Both the position numbers and the translations under genes were made by a program. Under the pieces are notes generated by a model. It searched no databases. It saw only the letters and a program-made list of their open reading frames with translations, and was not told the DNA's origin. Shown piece by piece: positions 38,463-51,089 of a stretch of 64,000 nt of DNA. The DNA lies in contig JASCQW010000130.1 in NCBI GenBank assembly GCA_030264375.1, positions 17,588,696-17,652,695 on the forward strand, read 5' to 3'. This DNA comes from Carcharhinus longimanus. Taxonomy: Eukaryota. Numbering within the stretch: the first letter of the stretch is position 1; the number at the start of each line of letters is the position of its first letter.

Positions 38463-39120
38463 TGTTGCCTCATTCACTAATATATATGCATTGTACAGTG
38501 TGCCAGCTGTGCATTATATGTAATCACATATTTCAATGTGCAATTGTGCCTTTTGCTGTTCCATTTGCAGTGGACAATTCAAATGGTTCACAAGTGAAAA
38601 AAGATGAGACGTGATCAAGGTCTACACAGATGCCTTCTTCTAAGGTATCTTGGCCTATGACATAATCTCACAAAGAAAGCAATACACCTTTGAGTTTAAG
38701 CACCCAATATTCCACCATGTTTCAAAATGAAATATTCTGCTACATTTCCTTAGTTTGTGCTAATCAAACATTAATTAGTGCTAGTTACAAGAGTTACCCA
38801 CCTTGCAATTGGCAATGCCCTAATCCCATAATTGGAATTATTGTGAAAGTGTCCCATTGTTCACTTATGGGGCTGAAATGTGAGTGGTACTGATGAGACC
38901 TGTATTTGTTGCCCATCCTAATTGCTGTTGAGAAAGTGCTGGTGAGCTGCTGAATATAATCTCTCACGAAAGGCCATCCAGACTTGAAATGTTAGCTCTA
39001 TTCTCTCTCCAGATTCTGTCAGTCTTGCTGAGATTTTCCAGCATTTTTTGCTCTTGCTTGCCTGTACCTGAATGTAAATGCGCCTGGGATAAAAAGTGCA
39101 CAATTAATTCAAGACTGAGT

Positions 39121-39628
39121 ACCATCCACCTGTCCATTCATCCACCCACCTCTGCATTCACCACCCATCCAATCCATTCACCCACTCATTCCATCCATTC
39201 ACCTATTCACCAACTCATCCCATCTATTCACTCACCCACACATCCCATCCATTCATCCACCCACCCACTCATCCCATCCATTCATCCACCCACCCACACA
39301 TCCCATCCAATCCTTCACCCAACCCCCCCCNNNNNNNNNNNNNNNNNNNNNNNNNNNNNNNNNNNNNNNCCATTCATCCACCCACACACCCACTCATTCA
39401 ATCCATTCATCCACCCACCCACACACTCATTCCATCCATTCATCCACCCAACCACTCATCCCATCCATTCATCCACCCACCCACTCATCCCATCCATCCA
39501 TTCATCCACCCACCCACTCATTCCCATCCATTCAGCCACCCACTCATCCCATCCATTCACCCACTCATCCCACCTATCCCATTCATTCATTCACTCAACC
39601 ACTCATCCAACCCATTCATCCAGCCATC
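39121..39628. repeat. Degenerate (CCAT/CCAC/CATT)n microsatellite
   Basis: About 500 nt of ATCC/ACCC/ATTC units with a small gap, ending about 100 nt before the first HBP1 CCAAT box. Confidence 0.95.
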
Positions 39629-39639
39629 TGGTGGTGGCC

Positions 39640-40520
39640 TTCAGTGTGGGGGAGGGGCTGGGATGGAACCCCTCCCGGCGTGCTCCGCGCGCGCACTATT
39701 GTTTATCTGGTGCGGTCGTGTTCCTCCAATGGGTGGGGCGCCGCGGGGTGATTGACGGGGGCGGTCGGTCCAATGGGCGAGCTGGGTGGCGGAGCTGGGG
39801 CGCCGCCTCCGCCGTCACTCGGGGGGAGCTCGGTAATGGCGGCGGAGCTGGTGAGTGAGTGAAGTGAATGGAGCCCGGGCTGTGTGAAGCCCCTCGGGGG
39901 GGTGGGTGTGGGGTGGCTGATGGCGATTTAAACTGGGGGGAAAGGAAAAGGTTGGGGATGAGGATGAAAAGCAGCAGCCGTGAGTTAGAGTGTGGATTGA
40001 GGAGGGTTTTTTAGAGACACAGAGATTGTGACGTGTCCCAGCTTTATTGTTGTGAAGTTTTCGCTGTTGTTTTTAATGGTGGCCGTTCCTCCCATTCATT
40101 TCATGATAGCCCTCCCCAACCCGCGGCCGCCAGTCCCATTAGCTGACCCCTCCCCTCCAACAGTCAACCCCGCTTGTGTTTCCCTTTCGATTTGAGGTTC
40201 GGGGTGCTTGTTGTGGCCTCTTGTTTTCTAAAGGGAGGAGATTGAGACCAAATTGTTTTTGTTTATTCTACTTCCCTTTCTTCCCCACTCCCCGAAAAAA
40301 AATCCGTAAAAAAAAATTCCAACCGATTTTAATCCTCGATTGGGTGACTAATTGTTTATTTTATGGTTTGGGGCGCAATCATTTTGTTTTTGTCCCCCTG
40401 GTTTGCTGACACAGTTTACTCGGCGTCGACGGTGTGCGGGGTAATTGGGGGCCATCCCTCTCATACGTGTAGATCCAAACGTGTGCGGCTGGGGGAGATT
40501 TTTAACGCCATCCGAAAATT
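39640..40520 (+). promoter_or_regulatory. HBP1: CpG-island promoter / first-exon region of HBP1
   Basis: Sharp CpG and GC enrichment against a CpG-depleted background. CCAAT at 39726 and 39770, GGGCGG/GGCGGAG GC boxes, forkhead-type TGTTTAT near 39700, YY1-like AATGGCGGC at 39835. Confidence 0.88.
39836..39850 (+). CDS. HBP1: HBP1 exon 1 coding part (MAAEL)
   Basis: ATG GCG GCG GAG CTG followed by a perfect GTGAGT donor. Phase 0 joins in frame to exon 2 (STEVQWHNMVW...). Confidence 0.75.
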
Positions 40521-41589
40521 TTAAACTCGATCCCTAGATAGTTTGTTGTTAAACTGCCCTGCTACGCAGTTGTGAATGAATGAGCTGAGGCACAGGCTCA
40601 CTGCCATAGACTTAGGGTGTGTGAGTCACATGATGGTGTANNNNNAGTTTCTGCGTGTTTGTCAGAAGGATCCAGACGTTTGTTTACTGTATGTACCACC
40701 CCCACCCCCACCCCCTTTCCCAATAAAGGCTGATCTTTCGGGAAAGGGGATCAAAAGCTACTTTCTTTTAAAAGAAAGCTTGTTCCTTTTTACCTCTCCT
40801 TCCACCCTCCTCCTCCTCCCCCAGCATTAAAGTGGCTGGCATCAGGGAGATGTTAAGGAAGGGAAGCTTGACATCTACGAATGACGCAGATTCGTATAGG
40901 CGAAGACATCCAGTCCTGAAGCAAAATGTTGGGGGATGGGGAGTGTACGAGAGAAGGGGTTAGTTATACTTGACAGAACGGAAAACTTCACAATAAACTG
41001 AACTCTGTTGTTGCAAATTGTCTGCGTTGTCCACGATTGAATGAACAGTGGACTATGTTAGAAAAAAGCAGAATTTCTAACTCAGTGGCTGGAAAAGGTA
41101 TTGCATTGAGCCCAAAAATTAAAATGAATGGAGGTGATAATAATTAATTAATACAAATTTAAGAATAACTCGAAGATGATGCATGTTTATATCTTGCAAT
41201 AACTTGGCCAGCCAGATCATTATTAGTTTTTTTGGTTTGCTTATTTTTTTCTCCCATGAGCTACGTTTCAATAAACGGTAGCAAGTAAATCAAATGCTTG
41301 CCTTTTACTTGTTCTCTCCTCATGAATTTGTTCAATTATATGAAGCAATACAGTATTTTTTAAGCAATTACACATGTCACTGCACATCCCAAGAAGTAGC
41401 ATGCACAGAACCTTTCACTTCTAATTTTATGGAGAGTGAAATAATGATTGAGACATACACATGGGAAAAATATGCAAGATGAAACATTTGTTTTTAATTT
41501 TTTATCATAAGGGAGGCATTTCCACAAAACTAAAATTACTTTATGGGGACAGTGAAGCTGTTCAGTATATTTGAGAGCTCAATTACACA

Positions 41590-41935
41590 CAGAAACAAAG
41601 AATAGGAGCAGGAGGAGGCTATTTGGCCCTTTGAGCCTACTCCACCATTTATTATGATTATGGCTGATCATCTAACTCAATTGCCTAATCCTGTTCCCCC
41701 TCCCCATATCCTTTGATTCCCTTCACTTCAAGTGCTATATCTAACTGCTTCTTGAAAATGTTCAATGTTTTGGCCTCAACAACTTTTTTGTGGTAGTCAC
41801 CACTCTCTGAGTAAATAATTTTCTCCTCATTTCTGTCCTAAACAGTCCACACTGGATCCTTAGATTATGACTCCTGGTTTTGGACTCTTCCATCATCAGG
41901 AACATCCTTCAATTATCCTGTCTAGTCCTGTTAGA
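41590..41935 (-). mobile_element. CR1 LINE 3' end
   Basis: agaaacaaagaataggagcaggaggaggctatttggccctttgagcct (reverse-complement tail). Confidence 0.75.
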
Positions 41936-44900
41936 CTATGCATAAATTTTTTCAAGTGTTGTTCTCCACATAGTGCCCTTGATTATTTGAGGATTGCTGA
42001 ACCGTGGCTAATGTCATGATTTTATTACAGGATAGGATGGGGAGGCAGGCCCAAGTCTACCTCAGCCAGAATGGGAATTGAATCCTGTACTGTTGACATT
42101 CTGAAACCCACGTTTTTGGTGTTATTCTGAGCCAGTTGAGCTACTCCAAAGGCTCTTACAGTAACAAAAAGGGCAACTTCTCATCAGTTCAATGATTTCT
42201 ACTTGATTGCAGTCTGGGCGAACTTCAACATTGTTCTCCATGTGGAATTGTAGGATCACTGATAGTAATTTAGGAATTTCTGCATTTAACTGCACGTGTG
42301 TGGACCCCAAAAGTTGCTACCACTTTAAGGAACAATGACTACAATTACTATTGCAAAATCTGGGTCAATTCGAGAATTGAACTATATGATAATATCAATA
42401 AAATTAATGCAAGGCCCAGAAAAGGAAAATCCTAGAAATATTTAGCCAACCTGACTAAAACAAATCTGAAAAAAGAGTAGTTTCATGTTTCAGCTGCTGA
42501 CCTTTGTTGAAAGTAGAAGAAAAACAAACTCCTAAAATATCACTGAGTAAGTTGAAGAAGAATGGACAGCAAATGTAAGTGAAGTGTTTGGTTTGGTTGC
42601 TGCTGTTATTAAAAAGTAGCTCATAGGATAAATGATAAGCAAATTAAAAAAATATATATTTTACTATAGTGTTAAACTGATTTGGCTGGCCATTTTATTA
42701 TAAATGAGTGGTCCCCTTGGACCTTAAATAGGCATGTAAAATTGGAAATGCATATATATATATCTGACTTGTTGAAAGATCACAACCCAGAGGGCCTTTA
42801 TGATGCTGTTGTGGATTATTTGTGAAACTTTTCTGATCTATGTAACTAAATACAGTGAAATAAAGCAATGTACTGTGCATTTATATAGACATAACTAATT
42901 GAGGTTTGTATTTGGAATCACCTCTGTTGATTGACTTCCAGACAAAACCAAATGATTAATTTAGCAGCTTTTTGAAAATTCAGACACAAAGCAACCTTTG
43001 TGATGTAGCAAAAAAGGGTACAAGTCTGAACAACCCAATAGAATTTGATTACTGGCAATTAATGCCTATGATTTGTAGAGCTTGTATACGGTCATCAAAC
43101 TAGCCATTTGATTTTTTATACTACATGTTACAAATTCCATGCAGCTAATGAATTATTTTCAAATACAAATAAGGGTATTTGGTCACTTCTGTGTTTGACT
43201 AATGAGAGCTGAGTGAGTCATTAGTAATGTTAGAGAAAAAGAACCTCAGGGGTACTGAACAGTTAATGAGGTGTTGTAGCGTGTAAGTGAACCCCTGTAA
43301 TTATCAAACTTATTACTGTCAGTGTCTATTAATGCCCCATTTGCTTTGGCAATTACTGCATTGTGACATAGGTGGCAACATTTGCTGTAAAGATGTGATT
43401 TATTGCATTTTTATTTTCCTTTAAACTGTTTTGTGCCAGGTGGTTTCTGTAGTGGACAGTGCAGACAACATTTAGGACTCCAGAATTAAGCTGCATGTAT
43501 AACTAACAGTAATACAGGAAATACTTCAAGCAACAATTTTGAGAAGCTTGATGGTGCATACTCTGTGAGTATGCTAGGCAGGGGAATAAAGCAATATATT
43601 GTGCATGGCACTTTGGGCTGGCAAACCATTAAAATCAAAGCAATTCAGCTCAATTTGAACTGCTTTTTAAATTCACAATTCATTTAATTTGATTATTTTG
43701 GGCCTGGTGGTTTTGAAAGTGCTGCTCTTAACACTGTCACCTTAATGGTGAATAAAATCAGAATCATAGCACTTTGGATTTTATTGACATGCTTCACTGT
43801 TTAGTGCCATAAACTGAATGAAGAGNNNNNNNNNNNCAATAACTTGGGAAACTCCCAACTTAGTTCTATACTTACAGTATGTATGAGGAGGCCTTGGTAA
43901 GAAATGGTAAAGAAGGAAACTCAAGAATTAAAAAAAATGCAGCATTTAATAAATATACATATGTAATCTGTGCATGAAATGTGGTACTTCTGACCATCGC
44001 AAATTATGCAGCGTTTCTGTTTTATAATTTTAAGAATGCACTAATCAAGATTTGGAAATTATTACTGAATAACATCACTATTACATTAAACAGATTTAGG
44101 AATCAAAAGCTAAATTGGGATTTTGTGAATAATTAGATTGAAGCAGAATGGTTAGATGGTGGAGCTATATTGTATATTTGCATATTCCCAAAGTTCACCA
44201 GCTGCTTGGTACGATGTAAGGGAATGTTTGTCAAAGCATAGGATTGGGTTGGCCATGCTTGTTTTTTAGTGTTTTGCAACTGAATTCCCCGTTCTCTTCA
44301 CTATCACCCGATGATATATAGACATCTTGCTTCTGCAGCATTTGGTAACTAAGTTAGAAGTCAGTTTGTGTTTATTTTAGATTTCACTTTTGGGGTGAAG
44401 GTTGTTCTATTGCATGCCATTATTGGGGGGAACATCAGCAATGAATGTACAGGCCGCAACTGGCTAGAGCTTTCAGATTCATGGTGCTGAATGCTGCATG
44501 TCATTTGTTAACGCAGGCATTGCCTTGTGGGAACTGGGGAATAGCTGCTCTGTTAATGGTAATTTTGAATGAATAATTTGTTGACCCTACCTCAACCCAC
44601 TACTTGAATGAAAGGTTGCAATACTTGTGAGTTGGCTTAATTAACTTGTTAATTTTGTTGTTTAGCTTGTGGTGGGATGATATTAAATGTTGTATTCCAT
44701 CTCTTACTGCCATCAAAGTTACGCTGAGAAAATAAGTCTGCTGACATAAGAGATGTACTGTTTCTGAAATTTCCAAATTTAACCCCCCCTCCCAACTGCT
44801 TTTGTAGACCTTTTAGGAACAATGCCATTCAAATTTTGATAACAGAAAGACACTTAAAATCCAAAGACATAATTTCCCACTATTTTAAACATGTGTCCAT

Positions 44901-46539
44901 CAATATTTATTGGAAAAAAAACACAAAATACTGCAGCAAATGAGCTGAATTATAACATAAGTAGCAAACAAGCTTGTCAAACTGATTCAACTATGACCTG
45001 GAACAACAGCCATCTCCAAAAGCAAAACAGCTGTGCTACATTTTTATAAGTTTGGTAAAGTTTAGTCATTTATACTGAAATTTTTGTAAATGTATTTCAG
45101 CTGTTGGCACGGCTGTGGAAAGTGGAATTATCAGACTTGAAATGCCTTATAATTGGTTTCCAAAGCATGTTGTGAAATACCCACTGCTCATTTATTTGTG
45201 ATGCCTATCTGAAGACCCTTGTACTATTAAAACAGACTATACATATTAACATTTATAATTTTATCAAAATAAATACTTACTGTTTTAATGTTTGTTTGAT
45301 TTTTTAAAAAAAATTATTAATTAATCATCTGAGTCTAATATGCAGTTAGACTCAACATATGATCCAAAACTTCATTTTTCTGTGCAGCTCTGACAAGATC
45401 AATATTTTGTTTGATGCAGAAAATATTAAGATAGAACTGTGTTAGAAAATGATTATAAACTGGCATTTTGACCTTGAAAAATAGCACTTTCCATTAATTC
45501 AGATAATTTGCCATTGATGCAGACGGAAGAGACATTACAATTATTAAATTGTTATAGATATTTAGATGTGGTGCATCTGTGACGACCCTCAGTGCTGCAT
45601 GTTGCAAACAAGTTGTTGCATATGTGCCCCAGCAATCTCTGAGAGCTGTGGGCAGGATTAGTCGTGTACTGCATCATATCTTGGAAGGTATCCTTTGTTT
45701 TGGGTGGGGTGGGGTGGGGGGGCGGGGGGGGCAGAGGCGGAGGATTGGGAGGGTTGGTGGTAGTGGTTTTGACGTAATGTTAGAATCTTTTGCAGTCTCC
45801 CGTGTTTCTTCTCAGTTTTTGAATCAGTATTGTCTTTGTAAGACCACTAGTCACTTTATATATACAATTGAAAGGAACTCAAAAAAGGGATTTGACAGCA
45901 TGTTCTGGTACAGCGTCAGTCAAGTTTAGCTCAAATGTAACTTTGAATATACCATAATTCTGAAATGTGGAGGAAAATAAATTTGATTTTAGAATGGGAA
46001 GCAAGTAGCAGGAAATCTTTGGTAAGATGATATTGTGTTCCTTAAACCCAGAACACACTTCCAACCTTTTCAATATTTTCTTTAAAAGATCATGGCTATC
46101 TTGATGATTGGTTTGGTTCCTGAAATAGTTACTGTGGGAACTTTGGCTATAGCAATTACACAGGCTACAGTGTGTTTAGTGCAAATTTTAAACATTTAAA
46201 TTTAAGAATGTATCTTGGTCAAAATATTTTATTGCTTGCTGGTGCAGTTACTGTAATGTTCCATTTTTTTAAGATGGTAAATTGTTAAGGAAATGGATAA
46301 TAAGAAATTTGAAACTCTCTTTTCGAGAAATGTTCTTGCAGAAGTCTTGAATTTGAGGTGTGTCTTTCCTTTTCCATGAGTAAACTACCATTAAAATAAC
46401 CCACTCTGGCTGAAACAAACCAAGCTGAAACTGTGTAGCTGACCCTAAGTTTATGAAATGCAGATCCACATAATGGGTTTGTACTTTGTTAGGTAGGCAA
46501 TTTGATTCATAGAAACAAAACGTTTAAAGGAGTGTGAAG

Positions 46540-46920
46540 TGTTTCCGAAACATTCATCTCTATTGTGTATCCTTTCCAACATCCTTGAAGACATTGTTGT
46601 CTCAAAAATCCATTTCCAACTTTCCCAAACTCCATGTTTGAATCCCTCCAATTGGATTTCCGTCCTAACACAGTATCAAAACAGCTCTTATCAAAGTCAC
46701 AAATTACATTGTGTGATGGTGACAGAAGCGAACTTTGCCTCCTTCTCAACCTGTTTGCAGCCTTTGACACAATTGACTCATCATCCTCCTCCAATCTTCT
46801 TTATCCAGCTGTGTGGGACTTCCTTCATGTGATTTAATTCTTATCTAACTTGTTATAGCCAGAGAATCACTTGCACTGACCTAGTATCACCTCCTGTGAC
46901 TCGATGTCTTACCTTATTTC
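46540..46920 (+). mobile_element. L2-like RT fragment
   Basis: LSNILEDIV, FESLQLDFRP, LLLNLFAAFDTID. Confidence 0.7.
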
Positions 46921-48117
46921 ATGGTTGCTCCTGTTATCAAGTGAAATTTATACTGCATTTAAACAGTAAGGCTTTTTCACTAATGAGGAAAAACAAAGAG
47001 GATACATAATAGTGCAACTGCCAATATATTACCTAGCATCTCCATCAGTTGTTTTAATGGGTCTTGTATTTTATGCTGTGCTTTGTGAAATGGCTTCAAA
47101 AATGAGTGAAGAGAAATTTTTGCGTAGGAGAGTGTAATACTACCTGCTGAGCAAAGATCCATCCTATTTCCCATTCTTTGTACGTGCCTTCGGTTTGTTA
47201 TAACAGAATCAGTGTGATCTAACTGAAATATGTACATTTTATTCTTTTGTCCATTTATTGCCTTCATTTTCTTTTGCTTTCCAATGTTTATGCATGATGT
47301 AACTTTTGGCTACAAATTCCATTTTACAATTCCATTACTAATTAGCTTTTCAAAACTCCCACAACTTGCTCTGAAATTTATTTCTTAGCTATTCTGCAGT
47401 TTGTTGTAATCCATGTGCATTTTCTCATCCAATGAAGCAGACTGCACATCATTTAGTTCTGTTTCTTACAGAGATAAATACTGAATTTTGAATTGTAATC
47501 AATTGCATAAACCTTAAATGAAGTTCAAATAATGTTTTCCATATTAAGGGTATCTGCGAAGGACAAAGTAATAAAACAATGCATAACTGTTATCTTTTAT
47601 ATCAGTAAAATGTCTGTGTTTCCACACTTCCTGTCCATGTTAATGAAGGAAACTATTTGCAATGGGGTGTAACTGCAGTGACTTTTACGTGAGCAATTTC
47701 CATTGTTCAATGCGGACGTAGAAATTTATACTTGAGAAAGAAAAACAAGGACATATGTATCACTTTAAAATAGGACTGAATTGTGATGCCTTGCCTTGCC
47801 TGGAGCAATTATCTTCTGTCTGTAATGTTGCGTCTATTTTTGACTTGCTGTGTGCAGGTGACAGGTGATCAACTAGTGAATCGCAAAAATTCACTGAAAA
47901 TCTCTGATATAGTTAAGTTGTCATCAATTATTGTCTAAAAGTTGGTTTCTGAATGTTTACTTTCTTTGGATGGAGAAAACGGTAATAGCAATCATATCTA
48001 AGCAAAATCCAATCCTCAAACTTAATTTATGAGTTTTACAAATTTGAGCCACTAGTATAGAATCTCCAGATATTTCATATGTTATTCATTACTTTTTTAA
48101 TGTTTTCTTTGTTCAAG

Positions 48118-48310
48118 TCAACTGAGGTCCAATGGCATAACATGGTGTGGGACATGAAAACAAAATGTACGCCTAACAGAGTGCAGAAAGTTCAGTTTGT
48201 GGTTGATAAAAGAATTTCTGGGATGGATGATTCCTTTGAGTTATTAAAGTGTAATGAAGATTTACCTTCATCACCTGGAAATGCGAATAATGAGCAGTGT
48301 ATGGAATATG
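48118..48310 (+). CDS. HBP1: HBP1 exon 2
   Basis: ttcaAG acceptor, TAT G|GTGAGC donor. Encodes STEVQWHN-MVWDMKTK...SFELLKCNEDLPSSPG...MEY, matching human MVWEVKT...LLQCNENLPSSPG with the LxCxE motif. Canonical ATG at 48142. Confidence 0.94.
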
Positions 48311-51089
48311 GTGAGCTATTTTTAAAAATTATATATGTTGATCCAATGTTTTGTAAGGTAAACTATCAGAAGATGAAACCTTGTCCTTAGCTAATGAGAA
48401 ATTGCTGTATTTATGTATAATTGGTAGCTTTATGATCTTGTGCACTGAATTTTCTATTGAATTATATTGATTTAAATTTCATAGTTATGTATGATTCTGA
48501 CATGCAGTACTCCCTATGTCTTCGTACTGTAAAGGAAGCTAGTTGAGTTTCTCTTTCATTTCTATAACAATTTCCTTTTCGCTCAATTCTCCTACAAAAA
48601 AACTAATGGATTCAGAAAAAGAACAAAATATTGGAAACAGTAGAAAAGATTACATTAGTACAGTGGAGGTGGTTCTCCTGAGGGACATTATTGGATTGAA
48701 ACTGAAGTTGGTTGCAGTGTTTTCATTTATGAAAGCTGTACCTGTTGTGAGATTTAAAAAATGTAACTAAATGGTATTGAAGGACAATTAAACACAGGAA
48801 GATGAAAAATATCAAAATATATAGAGAAAGAGCAGGGAAATCTTTTTGGAACTGATCGTGAAAAAGCTCGCACAAGCATAATGTCCCAAATGTTGCACCA
48901 GTCCAGTAATATGTATTATCTATTGCTGCTGTAGCCCCAGCAGATTTAATATTGGGAACATAAGAATAGAATGCATTAAGTAACTGATTATCTTTTTGAC
49001 AGTTGTATTTTTAAATTTATAGAAGGCATTGTTGTTTAAATATGCCCAGTTCAATGTCTTTAAATGGAGATTACATGGATTATATTGAACTTGTAGCATA
49101 GAAGCAGAAGATTTGCCCCAACTGGTCTATGTCACTGTTTAAGCAGCAAATAGGTCACCTCACAATCCTACTTCATCTCCTCCATCAACATATTGTTGAA
49201 TTTCTCACTTTCATGTTCTTGCCCATCTGTCCCTTAAATGCACTTATTCTATTTGTTTCTGAATTTGGATTCTGAATTTTCTGGAACTTTTTTTAAAAAA
49301 AGATGGAGGATCTTTGACCTTTGAATGTGCAACATACTTATTAGACTTTGCTTTCATTGCCACAGTTTGGCTAAATCATCAGATCACTGATAATTCCTGA
49401 AATCACTGCCCTCTTATTGGATGCAGAATTTCAGGCATGTAGTGTAATCAAATATCACTCAATTATTGTACAACCAAATACAGAGTGAAACTCCTTCAGT
49501 TCTCCTGAGGGACATTATTGTCCCTCAGGAGAACCACCTCCACTGTACCAATGTGATCTTTTCAACTGTTTCCAATATTTTGTTCTTTTTTCTGGATGAG
49601 ATTACCATTTAGGGCGAATTTTCTGTTTCTAAACCCTTGCCCAGTCAGGACTGGATAGGTCCTACCCCAAATCATTTTGATCACATCTTCCTTACAGGGC
49701 CAGGGAGATAAATCATAAGTCCTGATGCTTTTCCTCTTTCCAGCCCCTTCATGCATGATAGCTTCCCCCTTTCAAGGTTCACCAGTCAATACACTAATCT
49801 CCAAAAGCTATGAGTAAAATGATAACATCCATTGTTGGCATCTATTTTCAAAAATTGCCCAATACCTATGCAGCATAGGTCATTATATCACTGCTGCTCT
49901 TAATATTAATGTAGTGATAGTTTGTGTACATCCCATTCATGACTATTAAACAAACCAGAAAACACAAATTTTACTTTATCAGCATTTTGCAATATTGTTA
50001 ATTTGACAGGAAAATACCCCATTAGTTACTTATTGCAATGTGTCCAGATGGTAATTCTGATTTTGGCGTTTGCCTCATCCCTCATTATCCTGTTTTGCCT
50101 GCACATTGCATCTTTTGAATGTGGTGACAGTAAATTCATATTTGGGGGAACAGAAAAACTGCACAGAAATAGAAGACTTTCTCGTGCATGGGTGCCTGAT
50201 ATTATTCAATATAATTATTTCATAGGATGTAATTGAATTTTATTTTGTCAGTAATATCATAGGGTAGAAAGATCGTAACTCAAGAACTGGATTACTTTCC
50301 CCTTCCCCAAGAAACTGTCGTGCAAATCATAGAAACCTAGAAACTAGAAGCAGGAGTAGGTCGTTCGGTCCTTCAAGCCTGCTCCGCCATTCGTTTTGAT
50401 CATGGTTGATCATCGAATTCAATATCCTGATCCTTCCTTACCCCCATATTCCTTACCCCCACATTTCTTGTCCCCTTTAGCCCCAAGAGTTATATCTCAT
50501 TTCTTCTTGAAATCAGACAACACTTTGGCCTCAATTACATTCTGTGGCAGTGAATTCCACACATTCACCACCCTCTGGGTGAAGGAATTTCTCCTCACCT
50601 CAGTTCTATAAGGTTTACCCCTTATCCTTAAACTATGACCCCCTAGTTCTGAACTCCCCCAGCATTGGAAATATTCTTTCTGAATCTATTCTGTTTAACC
50701 CCGTTAAAATTTTATACGTTTCTATAAGTCTCACTCTTCTAAACTCCAATAAGTATAATCCTAACTGACCTACCATCCAGAAATCAGGCTGGTAAACCTT
50801 TGCTGTACTCCCTGTATGAACAAAGAACAAAAACAGCCCGGGAAACAGGCCCTTCGACCCAACGAGCCCACGCCGCTATCTTAACACCACCAGTCCCCCC
50901 TCCACCCATGACCCTTATCTAATGTTTTATGGCCGTCCACATTGAGGGAAACTAATTTAGGGACAATTTTTACAGCCAATCAGCCAAATNNNNNNNNNNN
51001 NNNNNNNNNNNNNNNNNNNNNNNNNNNNNNNNNNNNNNNNNNNNNNNNNNNNNNNNNNNNNNNNNNNNNNNNNNNNNNNNNNNNNNNNN

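Noticed and set aside
38989-39858. 289-aa His/Pro/Ser-rich ORF
   Set aside because: It is the translation of a stop-poor microsatellite running into the GC-rich promoter, with no coding features.
40875-40899. Small hairpin tacgaat-gacgcag-attcgta in HBP1 intron 1
   Set aside because: A 7-bp stem is expected by chance and there is no other support.
48079-48117. ORF-track N-terminal extensions of exon ORFs (also 1423, 21342, 54429, 60751)
   Set aside because: These are intronic pyrimidine tracts upstream of clear acceptors.
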